The notes: generated by a model not told the origin, from the sequence alone. DNA of 64,000 nt from Gammaproteobacteria bacterium (GCA_041395385.1 JAWLAN010000009.1:110431-174430); one strand, 5' to 3'. Counted from the first letter of the stretch, positions 1 through 11,577 are shown. Numbers and translations are program-made.

Positions 1-290
1 ACGATCTCGGCGACCTCGCTGCCGAACTCGCGCTTGATCTGGTCCTTGCCGATCGGCGTGTCCTCGATGACGTCGTGCAGCACGGCGGCGATGAGCGTCT
101 CGTGGTCCATGTGCATGTCGGCCAGGATGCTCGCCACCGCGATCGGGTGCTCGATGTAGGGCTCGCCGCTGGCGCGCCGCTGACCGTCGTGCGCGTCAGC
201 GCCGAACTGATAGGCCCGCGTGAGCGCGTCGATCTGATCCGCGTTCAGGTAGCCGCTGGCACGGCTGCGCAGGTCTTCTATCGCGAGCAT
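1..290 (-). CDS. spoT: bifunctional (p)ppGpp synthetase/hydrolase SpoT/RelA, N-terminal HD domain (partial; continues beyond window start)
   Basis: Reverse translation from ATG at 290 gives MLAIEDLRSRASGYLNADQIDALTRAYQFGADAHDGQRRASGEPYIEHPIAVASILADMHMDHETLIAAVLHDVIEDT, the HD-domain signature. Sits directly downstream of rpoZ, as in the conserved gmk-rpoZ-spoT order. Confidence 0.8.
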   Translation of the reverse strand, partial: MLAIEDLRSRASGYLNADQIDALTRAYQFGADAHDGQRRASGEPYIEHPIAVASILADMHMDHETLIAAVLHDVIEDTPIGKDQIKREFGSEVAEI

Positions 291-384
291 GGCGGCTGCC
301 CTCAGGCGGCGCGCCGCAGACGAAAACGCCCGCGCGAGGCGGGCGTTGACGCCGGAAAGACGACGCGTGCCTTACTGCGGCACA

Positions 385-675
385 TTACTCGTCCAGACCG
401 CCGCGCAGCGGGGGCTGCTCCTCGACGACCTCGGCGAACGGGTCGATGATCTCCTCGGTGCCCGCCTCCTTGGCGGCGATGGCGTCGTGGATCTCGTGCG
501 ACATCAGCCCGTCGGCGACCTCGCGCAGGGCGAGCACGGTGGGCTTGTCGTTCTGGGCATCGACCAGCGGGCGGGAGCCCATGGCGATCTGCCGCGCGCG
601 CTTGGCGGCGAGCAGGACGAGGTCGAAACGGTTGGCGACGTTGGGCAGACAGTCTTCTACGGTGATGCGGGCCAT
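385..675 (-). CDS. rpoZ: DNA-directed RNA polymerase subunit omega
   Basis: Internal Met of track ORF 385..906: [30 protein letters not shown]..., the canonical RpoZ N-terminus. Start set at the MARITV Met. Confidence 0.9.
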   Translation of the reverse strand: MARITVEDCLPNVANRFDLVLLAAKRARQIAMGSRPLVDAQNDKPTVLALREVADGLMSHEIHDAIAAKEAGTEEIIDPFAEVVEEQPPLRGGLDE

Positions 676-751
676 GCTGACTCCTGGTGCTTGGACCGCC
701 CCGGAGGAGCCCGGGGCGGCGAAATCGTGGATTAAGCTAATGAAAATCTTA

Positions 752-2267
<1,516 letters not shown>

Positions 2268-2387
2268 CGTTGCACTCCCCCCTGATGTGGCCGCAAATGT
2301 TAATGCGCGCTGCCGACGAGCGCCAGAACCGTCCCCGCGCGGGCGGGCATGTCCCGCGGGAAGAGGACGTGAAGATTGCAGGCGCCC

Positions 2388-2999
2388 CTATCGTCCGTTC
2401 TCGACCTGCGGGTAATGCGCCGCCTGCTGCCAGCGGTACTTGTCGGTGCTGACGGCCCCCCAGTACAGGCAGCCGCTGTACCGCCAGCCATCCAGCACCA
2501 GGCCCTCGTGGAAACTCTCGCCGCGGGCGGCGATGACGACGGTACTGTGCTCGCTCAGCACGTTGCCCTCGTTGGCGATCCCCCAGTACAGGGTGAAGGT
2601 GCGCAGCTCGAGCGCGCGCAGCGCGTCCAGGAGATCGCGGGTCCAATGGATGCACAGCCCGCGGCGCTTCTTGCCGGAGACCACGGCCAGGTTGTGCGAG
2701 GTCGCGCCGCCCGTGACCTCGTAGTCGCGCCGCTGCAGGAGCGAGGTCTGAAGCGCGGTGGCGGCCGCCCTCCGGGCCTCCGCCGGGTCGACGCGCGGAC
2801 CGAGTGCGAGCAGGCGCCCGGTGAGCATCTGCAGGCGCGTCTGCTGCACATTGGCGGAGGAGACGTCATCGACGCCGTTGAAGCTGCAGGGCGGGGGCGT
2901 GTCCGACATCGTGGTGGCGCAGCCGCACAGCGCCAGGGCGCCCAAGGTCGGTACGGCGCGCAGCAGCCGATGGAGGGAGATTCGCGGGTGCGGAGGCAC
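2388..2999 (-). CDS. hypothetical lipoprotein (signal peptide + lipobox LALCGC)
   Basis: 203 aa ORF with a positively charged N-region, a hydrophobic stretch and a Cys-containing lipobox. No confident family assignment. Confidence 0.5.
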   Translation of the reverse strand: MPPHPRISLHRLLRAVPTLGALALCGCATTMSDTPPPCSFNGVDDVSSANVQQTRLQMLTGRLLALGPRVDPAEARRAAATALQTSLLQRRDYEVTGGATSHNLAVVSGKKRRGLCIHWTRDLLDALRALELRTFTLYWGIANEGNVLSEHSTVVIAARGESFHEGLVLDGWRYSGCLYWGAVSTDKYRWQQAAHYPQVENGR

Positions 3000-3171
3000 G
3001 GTGCGGCCAGTCTATCCTCGGCGCGCCTGGAAGCCAAAGCAGCCGCGAAACCGGCGATGTCGAGCCGCAGCCCGCGGCCGATCAAGCACCTATGCGCAAG
3101 CATGCATGTCGCTATAATGAAATTTTGCCGGCTTCCGCACTGCGTGTCGGCCACAATCGAGGATCCCCCGT

Positions 3172-3894
3172 ATGCGCCCGAGCGGCCGAGCCCCCAACGA
3201 ACTGCGCAGTATCAACCTGACCCGAAATTTCACCCGACACGCCGAGGGCTCGGTGCTGGTCGAATACGGCGACACCAAGGTGGTGTGTACCGCCACGGTG
3301 GAGGAGAAGGTTCCACCGTGGATGCGCGGTCGCGGCAACGGCTGGGTGACGGCGGAGTACGGCATGCTGCCGCGCTCCACCGGCGAGCGCACCAGGCGGG
3401 AGGCCGCCCAGGGCAAGCAGGGCGGCCGCACGCTGGAGATCCAGCGCCTGATCGGACGCTCGCTGCGCGCGGTCGTCGACACCCAGGCCCTCGGCGAGCG
3501 CACCGTGATCGTCGATTGCGACGTGTTGCAGGCCGACGGCGGCACGCGCACGGCCTCGATCACGGGCAGCTTCGTCGCGCTGAAGGACGCCATCGCCAGA
3601 TTGCGCAAGAGCGGCAAGCTGGCGAGCGACCCCATCCACGGGATGGTCGCCTCGGTCTCCGTCGGCATCTATCGCGGCACGCCGGTGGTGGATCTGGACT
3701 ACGCCGAGGACGTGGAGGCCGAGACTGACATGAACGTGGTCATGAACGACGCCGGCAATTTCATCGAGGTCCAGGGCACGGCCGAGGGCCACGCCTTCCG
3801 CATGGACGAGCTCGTCGCCATGCTCGAGCTGGCCCGAGGCGGCATCGCCTCGATCATCGAGCTGCAGTGCGCCGCGCTCGCCAAGGCCATGTGA
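3172..3894 (+). CDS. rph: ribonuclease PH
   Basis: 240 aa, [41 protein letters not shown]..., the RNase PH signature. SD gagga upstream. Confidence 0.9.
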   Translation: MRPSGRAPNELRSINLTRNFTRHAEGSVLVEYGDTKVVCTATVEEKVPPWMRGRGNGWVTAEYGMLPRSTGERTRREAAQGKQGGRTLEIQRLIGRSLRAVVDTQALGERTVIVDCDVLQADGGTRTASITGSFVALKDAIARLRKSGKLASDPIHGMVASVSVGIYRGTPVVDLDYAEDVEAETDMNVVMNDAGNFIEVQGTAEGHAFRMDELVAMLELARGGIASIIELQCAALAKAM

Positions 3895-4508
3895 TGGCGG
3901 TGCAGTCCTCCCGGCTGGTGCTGGCGAGCGGCAACCGCGGCAAGGTCCGCGAGATCGAGGCGATGCTCGCCGGCATGGGGCTCACGGTCCTGCCGCAGTC
4001 GGACTTCGACGTGCCTGCCGCCGCGGAGATCGGCCTCAGCTTCGTCGAGAACGCGATCCTGAAGGCGCGCAATGCCGCCATGCACACCGGCCTGCCGGCG
4101 ATCGCGGATGACTCCGGCATCGAGGTGCGCGCGCTGAACGGCGCGCCCGGCGTGCACTCCGCGCTCTACGCCGGCGCGGGCGCGAGCGATCAGGAGAATC
4201 TCGAGAAGCTGCTTAAGGCCTGCGAGGCGGTGCCCGAGGGAGAGCGCGCCGCGCGATTCGTGTGCGTGATGGTCTACATGCGTCACGCCGGCGACGCCAC
4301 GCCGCTCATCGCGCAGGGGACGTGGCATGGGGGGCTGCTGCGCGCCGCGGTCGGCGAGAACGGCTTCGGGTACGACCCCGTCTTCTTCGTCCCGGAGCAC
4401 GGTTGCTCCTCGGCGCAGCTGCCGCCGGAGGTCAAGAACCGCCTCAGTCATCGCGGCCAGGCCCTGCGCGCGCTGGTCGCCCTGTTGCGCGCCGCGGAGG
4501 ACTGGTAA
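3894..4508 (+). CDS. rdgB: dITP/XTP pyrophosphatase (RdgB/HAM1 family)
   Basis: [25 protein letters not shown]...FGYDPVFF motifs. Start at the ATG overlapping the rph stop (ATGA at 3892-3896); the track ORF's upstream start was trimmed. Confidence 0.85.
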   Translation: MAVQSSRLVLASGNRGKVREIEAMLAGMGLTVLPQSDFDVPAAAEIGLSFVENAILKARNAAMHTGLPAIADDSGIEVRALNGAPGVHSALYAGAGASDQENLEKLLKACEAVPEGERAARFVCVMVYMRHAGDATPLIAQGTWHGGLLRAAVGENGFGYDPVFFVPEHGCSSAQLPPEVKNRLSHRGQALRALVALLRAAEDW

Positions 4509-4578
4509 AGGCATGTCGGCCCGGGCGATACCGCGAATCGCGCGTTCACTCGGCGGCGCGAGCGAGGCGGCCGCGGTG

Positions 4579-5778
4579 ATGACCACGCCGCCGCTGTCGC
4601 TGTACGTGCACTTGCCCTGGTGTGTGCGCAAGTGCCCCTATTGCGACTTCAACTCCTACGAGGCCGGCGGCAGTCTGCCGGAGGAGGAATACGTCGCCGC
4701 GCTGCTTCGCGATCTCGATGTCGAGGTCGAGTCCGCCCGCGGACGCGCGGTGCAGACCATTTTCATGGGCGGCGGCACGCCAAGCCTGTTCTCCGGCCGC
4801 GCCATCGCGACGTTGATGGACGGCATACGCGCGCGTGTCGATCTCGCCGCCGATGCGGAGGTGACGCTGGAGGCCAACCCGGGCACGGCCGAGGCCGCGC
4901 GCTTCGAGGAGTACCGCCGCGCGGGGGTCAACCGGCTGTCGATGGGCGTGCAGAGCCTGCGCGATCCCCAATTGCGCGCACTGGGCCGCATACACTCGGC
5001 GCAGGAGGCCGTGCGGGCATACGCGGCGGCCCGCTCGGCCGGCTTCGAGAACGTCAACCTCGACCTGATGTACGCCTTGCCCGGCGACGGCGTGGCCGGG
5101 GCGCTGGTGGACCTGCGCGAGGCCATCGCGCTCGCGCCCGAGCATCTGTCCTGGTACCAGCTCACGCTGGAGCCCGACACGGCCTTCCATCGCCGGCCGC
5201 CGCGCGGCCTGCCCGACGAGGCGGCGGTGTGCGCCATCGAGGAGGCGGGCAGGGAACTGCTCGCGCGGCATGGCTACGCGCGCTACGAGGTGTCCGGCTA
5301 CGCCACCCCGGGACGCCAGTGCCGGCACAACCTCAATTACTGGCAGTTCGGGGACTATCTCGGCATAGGCGCCGGGGCGCATGCGAAGCTGACCATGGCG
5401 CGGGAGGGCCGCATCGAGCGACGCGCGCGCCAGCGCAATCCGCGCGGCTACATGCGCCAGGCCGGCACGCCGGCGGCGTACGCCGTCGAGAACGTTGCCG
5501 CCCCGGAGCAGCGCGTCGTGGAGTACATGATGAACGCGCTGCGGCTCCGCGAAGGGTTCGAGCGCCAGGCGTTCGAGGCCCGCACCGGTGTGCCCTGGAG
5601 TCGCATTGAACCAGCGGTTGCCGCGGCCGTCGACGGTGGGCTGCTCGAGTGCGACGGGCGGCGCGCGCGGCCGACCGCCGCCGGGATGCGGTACCTTAAC
5701 GATCTCGTCGCGGCGTTCGACGCCACGGCACAGCTCGCGCCCGGAACCGCCGGCCGGGCAGGTCGCGTGGAGGATTGA
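4579..5778 (+). CDS. hemW: radical SAM heme chaperone HemW (coproporphyrinogen III oxidase-like)
   Basis: MTTPPLSLYVHLPWCVRKCPYCDFNS radical-SAM CxxxCxxC motif and HemW-like length. Start chosen at MTTPP (alternative ATG at 4513). The longer track ORF from 4327 overlaps rdgB in another frame. Confidence 0.8.
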   Translation: MTTPPLSLYVHLPWCVRKCPYCDFNSYEAGGSLPEEEYVAALLRDLDVEVESARGRAVQTIFMGGGTPSLFSGRAIATLMDGIRARVDLAADAEVTLEANPGTAEAARFEEYRRAGVNRLSMGVQSLRDPQLRALGRIHSAQEAVRAYAAARSAGFENVNLDLMYALPGDGVAGALVDLREAIALAPEHLSWYQLTLEPDTAFHRRPPRGLPDEAAVCAIEEAGRELLARHGYARYEVSGYATPGRQCRHNLNYWQFGDYLGIGAGAHAKLTMAREGRIERRARQRNPRGYMRQAGTPAAYAVENVAAPEQRVVEYMMNALRLREGFERQAFEARTGVPWSRIEPAVAAAVDGGLLECDGRRARPTAAGMRYLNDLVAAFDATAQLAPGTAGRAGRVED

Positions 5779-5782
5779 GCAG

Positions 5783-6766
5783 ATGCGTGCAATGGTCCTG
5801 AAGGAGATCGGCAGGGCGCTGGAGCCCATGGACATCGGTCTGCCGATCCCGCGCGCGGGCCAGGCACTGGTGCGGGTGCGGGTCTGTGGCGTCTGCCGCA
5901 CCGACCTGCACATCCGCGACGGCGATCTGCCGCGCAAGAAGATGCCGGTCATCCTCGGGCACGAGGTCGTCGGCGAGGTCGTCTCGCTCGGCGCCCAGGT
6001 CACGGGTCTGCAGGTCGGTCAGCGCGTCGGGATCCCCTGGCTGGGGCACACCTGCGGCAGCTGCGCCTACTGTCAGCGCGGGCAGGAGAATCTCTGCGAG
6101 CGGGCCACCTTCACCGGCTATCACGTCGACGGCGGATTCGCCGAGTATGCGGTGGCCGACGCGCGCTTCTGCCTGCCGCTGCCGGCGGCGTACGGCGATG
6201 CCGAAGCGGCGCCGCTGCTGTGCGCCGGCCTCATCGGATACCGGGCCTTGCGCATGGCCGGCGAGGCGCGGCGCCTGGGGATATACGGTTTCGGTGCCGC
6301 GGCGCACATTGTCGCGCAGGTGGCCCGCCACCAGGGGCGCGAGGTGTACGCGTTCACACGCCCCGGCGATCGCGCCGGACAGGACTTCGCGCGCGAGTGC
6401 GGCGCGCAGTGGGCCGGCGCTTCGGACCAGACGCCGCCCGTCGCGCTCGAGGCCGCCGTGCTGTTCGCCCCGGTCGGCGAGCTGGTGCCGGCGGCGTTGC
6501 GCGCGGTCGGCAAGGGCGGCACGGTCGTCTGCGCCGGCATACACATGAGCGACATACCGGCGTTTCCCTACTCGCTGCTCTGGGGCGAGCGCACGCTGCG
6601 CTCGGTGGCGAACCTCACGCGCCAGGACGGGATCGAGTTCCTGGAACTCGCGCCGCAGGTGCCGGTGCATACGGCGGTGGAGACCTTCCCCCTTGCGGAG
6701 GCCAATGCCGCCATCGACCGGCTGCGGGGCGGCGAGGTGCGGGGCGCGGCGGTGCTCGTCATCTAG
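5783..6766 (+). CDS. zinc-dependent alcohol dehydrogenase (MDR superfamily)
   Basis: MRAMVLKE...GHEVVGEV...GHTCGSCAYCQRGQENLC zinc-binding motifs. ggagga SD immediately upstream; start 5 nt after the hemW stop. Confidence 0.8.
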   Translation: MRAMVLKEIGRALEPMDIGLPIPRAGQALVRVRVCGVCRTDLHIRDGDLPRKKMPVILGHEVVGEVVSLGAQVTGLQVGQRVGIPWLGHTCGSCAYCQRGQENLCERATFTGYHVDGGFAEYAVADARFCLPLPAAYGDAEAAPLLCAGLIGYRALRMAGEARRLGIYGFGAAAHIVAQVARHQGREVYAFTRPGDRAGQDFARECGAQWAGASDQTPPVALEAAVLFAPVGELVPAALRAVGKGGTVVCAGIHMSDIPAFPYSLLWGERTLRSVANLTRQDGIEFLELAPQVPVHTAVETFPLAEANAAIDRLRGGEVRGAAVLVI

Positions 6767-6908
6767 GTCATGGAGGGCGCGGCTCGAGAATCGCGGGGGC
6801 CGGCTGCCGGCAGGGCGGATCCGGGAGTCGGCGCGTGGAAGAAAGAATGGCGGAGGGATTGTCTCCGCCACGCATGCAACGATCGGTTGAGGCAGTCGGC
6901 CGCTGCCC

Positions 6909-7454
6909 TCACTCCATCTCGGTGCCGATCTCGTAGACCTCCACGTTGGCCTCTTCGATCTTGCCGGTCTCCGCGCTGACGTCGACCTTGATCTCCGGAC
7001 CCATGGTGGTCTGGATGTCGAACTCGTAGGTGGCCTCGCCGTCCTGGCCGATCTCGAACTCCTCCGCCACGACCTTGCCGGGGTGTACCGCCAGCGCGAA
7101 CTTGCGTGCCTCCTCCTGGCTCACCTTCGCCAGCGACTTGAACAGCGGGTCATCGGCCGTCACCTCCCGCTCGATCTCGGTGATGAGACCCTCCTCGGCA
7201 TTGCACTCGACGTTGTAGGTGTGGCCGTCCTTGGCCTCGATGTCGAACTCGTAGGTCGGGTCGTCGCCCTCGATCTTCAGCTCGAGCTTGCGCGGATTGC
7301 CGGGGACGGTGTCGAGCGCCTGGTCGAGGCAGGTCTCCACGGACACCAGCTTCCAGTTGGCCACGTCGTCCAGATCGAGCGTGTCGCCGGCCTGGGCCGC
7401 GACGGCTGCCAACGCCGTGAGCAGGGTGGTGGTGAACAGGGGTAGCTTGCGCAT
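6909..7454 (-). CDS. PepSY domain-containing secreted protein
   Basis: Start at MRKLPLFTTTLLTALAAVAAQA (signal peptide), followed by two PepSY-like repeats (...TYEFDIEAKDGHTYNVE... and ...ATYEFDIQTTMGPEIKVDV...). Confidence 0.6.
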   Translation of the reverse strand: MRKLPLFTTTLLTALAAVAAQAGDTLDLDDVANWKLVSVETCLDQALDTVPGNPRKLELKIEGDDPTYEFDIEAKDGHTYNVECNAEEGLITEIEREVTADDPLFKSLAKVSQEEARKFALAVHPGKVVAEEFEIGQDGEATYEFDIQTTMGPEIKVDVSAETGKIEEANVEVYEIGTEME

Positions 7455-7691
7455 TACTGGCTCCTTGGATTGCAGTGAAGCGGACACTCGTCGGGGGGGG
7501 GATTCCCAACTAAAGGGAAAATATCCCGAGAAAACGTACACGTCATTCCCAAAGGATAGGCGCAAATTTTGTGCTATGCAACAGGACGGCAACCGGGCGT
7601 GGTTCGCGGGCGCACTGTCAATGACAGGGCGTGCAAGCCGGGGGTCCCGCGTTTCGCCGCGGGTCCGGGCCTCGGTCCAACGGGCCGGCGC

Positions 7692-8366
7692 TCAGCCGGG
7701 GATGACGCCGGTGCGGCGCGCCAGCGCGCGCAGGTCCTCGCGCGTGGAGAGCTTCAGCTTGGCCTTGATGGTGCCGCCGTAGTTGGCGACGGTCTTGTAG
7801 CTGAGGTTGAGCAGCCGCGCGATCTCCTTCAGCGGCACATCCGCGGCCAACATGCAGAACACCTCGTACTCCCTCGGCGAGAGCCCGCGCAGGTTGCTGC
7901 TCTTGCCCATGAGCTTTTGCAGCGCGATGCGCTGCGCCAGGGCCGGGTCGAGGTAGTTACTCCCGTCGGCGACCAGGTGCATCGCCTTGATGATCTCCTC
8001 GAGCGCCGCCGAGCGGCAGACGTAACCGCCGGCGCCGCCCTGCAGCGCCACCTCGGCCTCGATGAGGTCCTCCCTGGCCGAGACCGCCAGCACGCGTATC
8101 GCCGGGTGGGCTGCAACCACCTCGTGGATGAGCTGCGTCCCGTGCAGGCGGTCGTCCGTCAGGTCCACCAGCAACAGGTCCGGCTTCGCGGACGCCAGTA
8201 TGCGCAGCGCCTCCTCGGTGGATGCCGCAATCCAGTCGAAAGTGATCGACGGGTCAGCCTCCTCGACGGCCCGGTAGCCGGTCTGGGCGATCCGGTTGGC
8301 GGCGACGAGCAATACGTGACGCACCGCACCCGTGCGCGTTCCCGGGCCGGCTGCATCAATGCTCAT
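7692..8366 (-). CDS. LuxR/NarL-family response regulator with atypical receiver domain
   Basis: Start at MSIDAAG. Receiver fold with phospho-acceptor Asp (LLLVDLTDD) but AAN replacing the DD acidic pocket and R replacing the conserved Lys. C-terminal LuxR HTH (LSPREYEVFCMLAADVPLKEIARLLNLSYKTVANYGGTIKAKL). Confidence 0.75.
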   Translation of the reverse strand: MSIDAAGPGTRTGAVRHVLLVAANRIAQTGYRAVEEADPSITFDWIAASTEEALRILASAKPDLLLVDLTDDRLHGTQLIHEVVAAHPAIRVLAVSAREDLIEAEVALQGGAGGYVCRSAALEEIIKAMHLVADGSNYLDPALAQRIALQKLMGKSSNLRGLSPREYEVFCMLAADVPLKEIARLLNLSYKTVANYGGTIKAKLKLSTREDLRALARRTGVIPG

Positions 8367-8598
8367 GGCGAGTACTGGAATCGGACGGGCATCGGGTGGA
8401 TGGTGTGTGCGGGTCCTGGGGGATCCCGGGAAATTATCCCATCCTAGCAGGAAATCCGGGAGGAGGCAGCCCGGACCGGGAGCGGCAATCAGCGTGGCCT
8501 GCCGCGGGCGCGCCAGATGGCCATAAGAGGCCGGGCAGGCCGGTGGCAACGTGAATTCGGTTACCATGGCCGCCAAAAAAAGGCTTGGCGGGTAGCGC

Positions 8599-10680
8599 AT
8601 GCAGAAACCGGATACACCGACATCCATGGGCTGGGGCCAGCGGCTGGCATGGGCCGTGGTCGCGGTGCTCGGGGCCGGCGCCGCCGGCGTCATCGCCCTG
8701 CATCGCGGCGAAAGCATCAACAGCATCTGGTTCATCGTGGCCGCCGTGTGCATCTATGCGCTCGGCTTCCGCTTCTACAGCGCCTTCGTTGCCGCGCGCG
8801 TGCTCGCGCTCGACGCCACGCGCGCCACGCCGGCGGAGCGGCTCAACGACGGCCGCGACTACCTGCCCACCAACCGCTGGATAGTCTTCGGCCACCATTT
8901 CGCGGCGATCGCCGGCCCCGGGCCCCTGATCGGGCCCACGCTGGCCGCCCAGTTCGGCTACCTGCCCGGGACGATCTGGATCCTCATCGGCGCGGTGCTG
9001 GGCGGCTGCGTGCAGGATTTCGTGATTCTGTTCTGCTCGTTGCGCCGCAACGGCCGATCGCTGGGCCAGATGGCCCGTGACGAGCTCGGGACGCTCGGCG
9101 GCGCGGTGGCGCTGATCGGGGTCATGGCGATCATGATCATCCTCATCGCGGTGCTCGGGCTCGTGGTCGTCAACGCGATGAAGCACAGCCCCTGGGCGAC
9201 CTCGACGGTGGCCGCGACGATACCGATCGCCGTGCTCGTCGGGCTGTACATGCGCAACCTGCGGCCCGGCCGGGTCATCGAGGGGACGGCGCTGGGCGTG
9301 GCGCTGCTCGTCTTTTCGGTCGTCGCGGGCGGCTGGATCGATCACCACCCGGTGCTGCGCGACTGGTTCGACTACGACGGTCCACAGCTCGCGCTCATGA
9401 TCATCGCCTACGGTTTCGCTGCGGCGGTACTGCCGGTGTGGCTGCTGCTCGCGCCGCGGGATTACCTCTCGACCTTCATGAAGATCGGCACCATCGTCGC
9501 GCTGGCCATCGCCATCGTGATCCTGCGGCCGGAGGTGAAGATGCCGGCGATGACGCAGTTCATCGACGGCACCGGACCGATCTTCGGCGGCAAGCTGTTC
9601 CCCTTCGTCTTCATCACCATCGCCTGCGGCGCCATCTCCGGCTTCCACTCTCTCATCTCATCGGGCACCACTCCGAAGCTGCTGGGCAACGAACGCGACG
9701 CCCGCTTCATCGGCTACGGCGCGATGGCGATGGAATCCTTCGTCGCCATCATGGCGATGGTGGCAGCCACGGTGCTCGACCCCGGGGTGTATTTCGCCAT
9801 CAACAGCCCCGCGGGCGTCGTCGGCGCCGAGGCCGCCAAGGCGGTGCAGACGATCTCGGACTGGGGATTCCCGGTGACGGTCGAGCAGATGACCGCGCTG
9901 GCCAGGGAGATGGGCGAGTCGACGCTGTTCGCTCGCACCGGCGGCGCGCCGTCGCTCGCGGTCGGCATGGCGAGCATCTTCTCGCAGGCCTTCGGCAACA
10001 CGCTGCTCGCGGTGTGGTACCACTTCGCGATCATGTTCGAGGCCCTGTTCATCCTCACGACGCTGGACGCCGGCACGCGGGTCGCTCGCTTCATGCTGCA
10101 GGACATGCTCGGCAACGTCTTCCCCGCCCTGGCCCGCACGAGCTGGTACCCGAGCGTGCTCCTCTGCAGCGCGCTGGTCGTCGCGGGCTGGGGATATTTC
10201 CTGTACATCGGAACCATCGACCCCCTGGGCGGCATCAACAGCCTGTGGCCGCTGTTCGGCATCGCCAACCAGATGCTGGCGGCGATCGCGCTGTGCGTCT
10301 CGACCACGGTCATCGTGAAGTCCGGCAAGCTTCGCTACGCCTGGGTCACGGCGGTGCCGCTCGCGTGGCTGGTCGTCATCACGACCGCCGCCGCGTGGGA
10401 GAAGCTCTTCAGCCCGGAGCTGCGGATCGGATTTCTCGCGCACGCGAGCGATCTCTCCGAGAAGCTCGCCGCCGGCGTGTTGCCGTCGGAGAAGGCCGCA
10501 CAGGCCCCGCAGCTCATCTTCAACGATCGGCTGGACGCGGTGCTGACGGCCTTCTTCCTGGTGACCACCTGGGTGCTGGTCATCGAGACGATGCGGGTCT
10601 GCCACGCGGCGGCCACGGGGCGCCGCTGTCCCCCGTCCACCGAGACGCCCTACGTGCGCACGCAACTCGCGGAGGCCTGA
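8599..10680 (+). CDS. cstA: carbon starvation protein A (peptide/pyruvate transporter)
   Basis: 693 aa polytopic membrane protein with CstA family motifs (FGHHFAAIAGPGPLIGP, GFHSLISSGTTPK). Confidence 0.85.
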   Translation: MQKPDTPTSMGWGQRLAWAVVAVLGAGAAGVIALHRGESINSIWFIVAAVCIYALGFRFYSAFVAARVLALDATRATPAERLNDGRDYLPTNRWIVFGHHFAAIAGPGPLIGPTLAAQFGYLPGTIWILIGAVLGGCVQDFVILFCSLRRNGRSLGQMARDELGTLGGAVALIGVMAIMIILIAVLGLVVVNAMKHSPWATSTVAATIPIAVLVGLYMRNLRPGRVIEGTALGVALLVFSVVAGGWIDHHPVLRDWFDYDGPQLALMIIAYGFAAAVLPVWLLLAPRDYLSTFMKIGTIVALAIAIVILRPEVKMPAMTQFIDGTGPIFGGKLFPFVFITIACGAISGFHSLISSGTTPKLLGNERDARFIGYGAMAMESFVAIMAMVAATVLDPGVYFAINSPAGVVGAEAAKAVQTISDWGFPVTVEQMTALAREMGESTLFARTGGAPSLAVGMASIFSQAFGNTLLAVWYHFAIMFEALFILTTLDAGTRVARFMLQDMLGNVFPALARTSWYPSVLLCSALVVAGWGYFLYIGTIDPLGGINSLWPLFGIANQMLAAIALCVSTTVIVKSGKLRYAWVTAVPLAWLVVITTAAAWEKLFSPELRIGFLAHASDLSEKLAAGVLPSEKAAQAPQLIFNDRLDAVLTAFFLVTTWVLVIETMRVCHAAATGRRCPPSTETPYVRTQLAEA

Positions 10681-10685
10681 TCGGG

Positions 10686-10940
10686 ATGAAAACGCCTTGG
10701 TCGCACGTGCTCGAGCTGTGGCGGTGCGCCGCGCGCGGGCCTGCGCCGGCCGGGCGGTTGCGCACGGCCGCCTCGGCGGCGTGGCGGGCGTTGCGCGCGG
10801 CGACCGGTGACGATGGCTACGAGCGCTATCTCGCGCATCACCGTCTGCACCATGGCGCGGGCGACGTTCCGATGAGTCGTGCGGAGTATTTTCGCGCCGA
10901 GCAGCGGCGCAAATGGGATGGCATCAGGCGCTGCTGCTGA
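10686..10940 (+). CDS. YbdD/YjiX family small protein (DUF466), CstA partner
   Basis: 84 aa: MKTPWSHVLELWRCAAR...MSRAEYFRAEQRRKWDGIRRCC, the characteristic YbdD C-terminus. Starts 6 nt after the cstA stop. Hidden inside the longer spurious track ORF 9438..10940. Confidence 0.65.
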   Translation: MKTPWSHVLELWRCAARGPAPAGRLRTAASAAWRALRAATGDDGYERYLAHHRLHHGAGDVPMSRAEYFRAEQRRKWDGIRRCC

Positions 10941-10943
10941 GAG

Positions 10944-11576
10944 CTACAACAGGCTGCCGAGGTAGGCCCAGGCCTGGTCGCCCAGCACCGCCACGACCGC
11001 GAGCACGACGCTGAAGTAGATCACGGTGACCGCCAGCCAGAACAGCGCGCCGAACAGCATCAGGCCGTCCTGTTCGAGCTCCGCGACGCAGACGAACAGT
11101 ATCGCCAGCCCGGGCAGCGCGTTGTTGAAGGGCAGGCCGAAGAACGGGATCGCCATCAGCAGGCCCCCCGCCATCAGCACGAGGCCGGAATTGCGGCGGC
11201 CGGGCGCGCCGCTCACCAGTCGCGTGTAGCGCGGCCGCGTCACCTTCCTGCACCAGCCGAGGATCTTCAGGCACACCCGGGTGGCCACCTCCCAGGTCTG
11301 GGCGCCGACCTCGATGCGACGCACCCGCTGCGGCAGCACCGGTACCTTGTGCCCGCGCCACATCTGCCAGCCCATCGCCGCGAACACCAGGCCCCCGGCG
11401 GTGGCGAGCGGCCCGAGCGACACCGGCGTCAGAAACGGCAGTACGAGAATGATGGCGAAGAAGCAGAAGCTCGCCTCCTCGATGGAGTCCAGCACCTCCC
11501 CGAGCGTGAGCGGCCGGCCCTGCGCGCGCTCCCGGAAGCCCTCGAGGGTGGCTACCAGCGTTGCATAGTCGGACAT
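10944..11576 (-). CDS. exopolysaccharide synthesis ExoD family protein
   Basis: 210 aa membrane protein with ExoD family features (LGEVLDSIEEASFCFFAIILVLPFLTPVSLGPLA). Confidence 0.7.
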   Translation of the reverse strand: MSDYATLVATLEGFRERAQGRPLTLGEVLDSIEEASFCFFAIILVLPFLTPVSLGPLATAGGLVFAAMGWQMWRGHKVPVLPQRVRRIEVGAQTWEVATRVCLKILGWCRKVTRPRYTRLVSGAPGRRNSGLVLMAGGLLMAIPFFGLPFNNALPGLAILFVCVAELEQDGLMLFGALFWLAVTVIYFSVVLAVVAVLGDQAWAYLGSLL

Positions 11577-11577
11577 G

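Noticed and set aside
2376-3728. 450-aa + strand ORF spanning the lipoprotein gene, intergenic region and rph
   Set aside because: Runs across a divergent promoter region and two well-supported genes. Composition is GC-shadow-like (R/A/G/P rich).
4327-4578. N-terminal 84-codon extension of the hemW ORF
   Set aside because: Overlaps the rdgB 3' end out of frame and adds a non-conserved Ser/Arg-rich leader. The conserved HemW start MTTPPLSLY lies at 4579.
8434-9648. 404-aa - strand ORF antisense to cstA
   Set aside because: Antisense shadow of a confidently assigned CstA gene. Highly charged low-complexity translation (runs of D/E/R/H).
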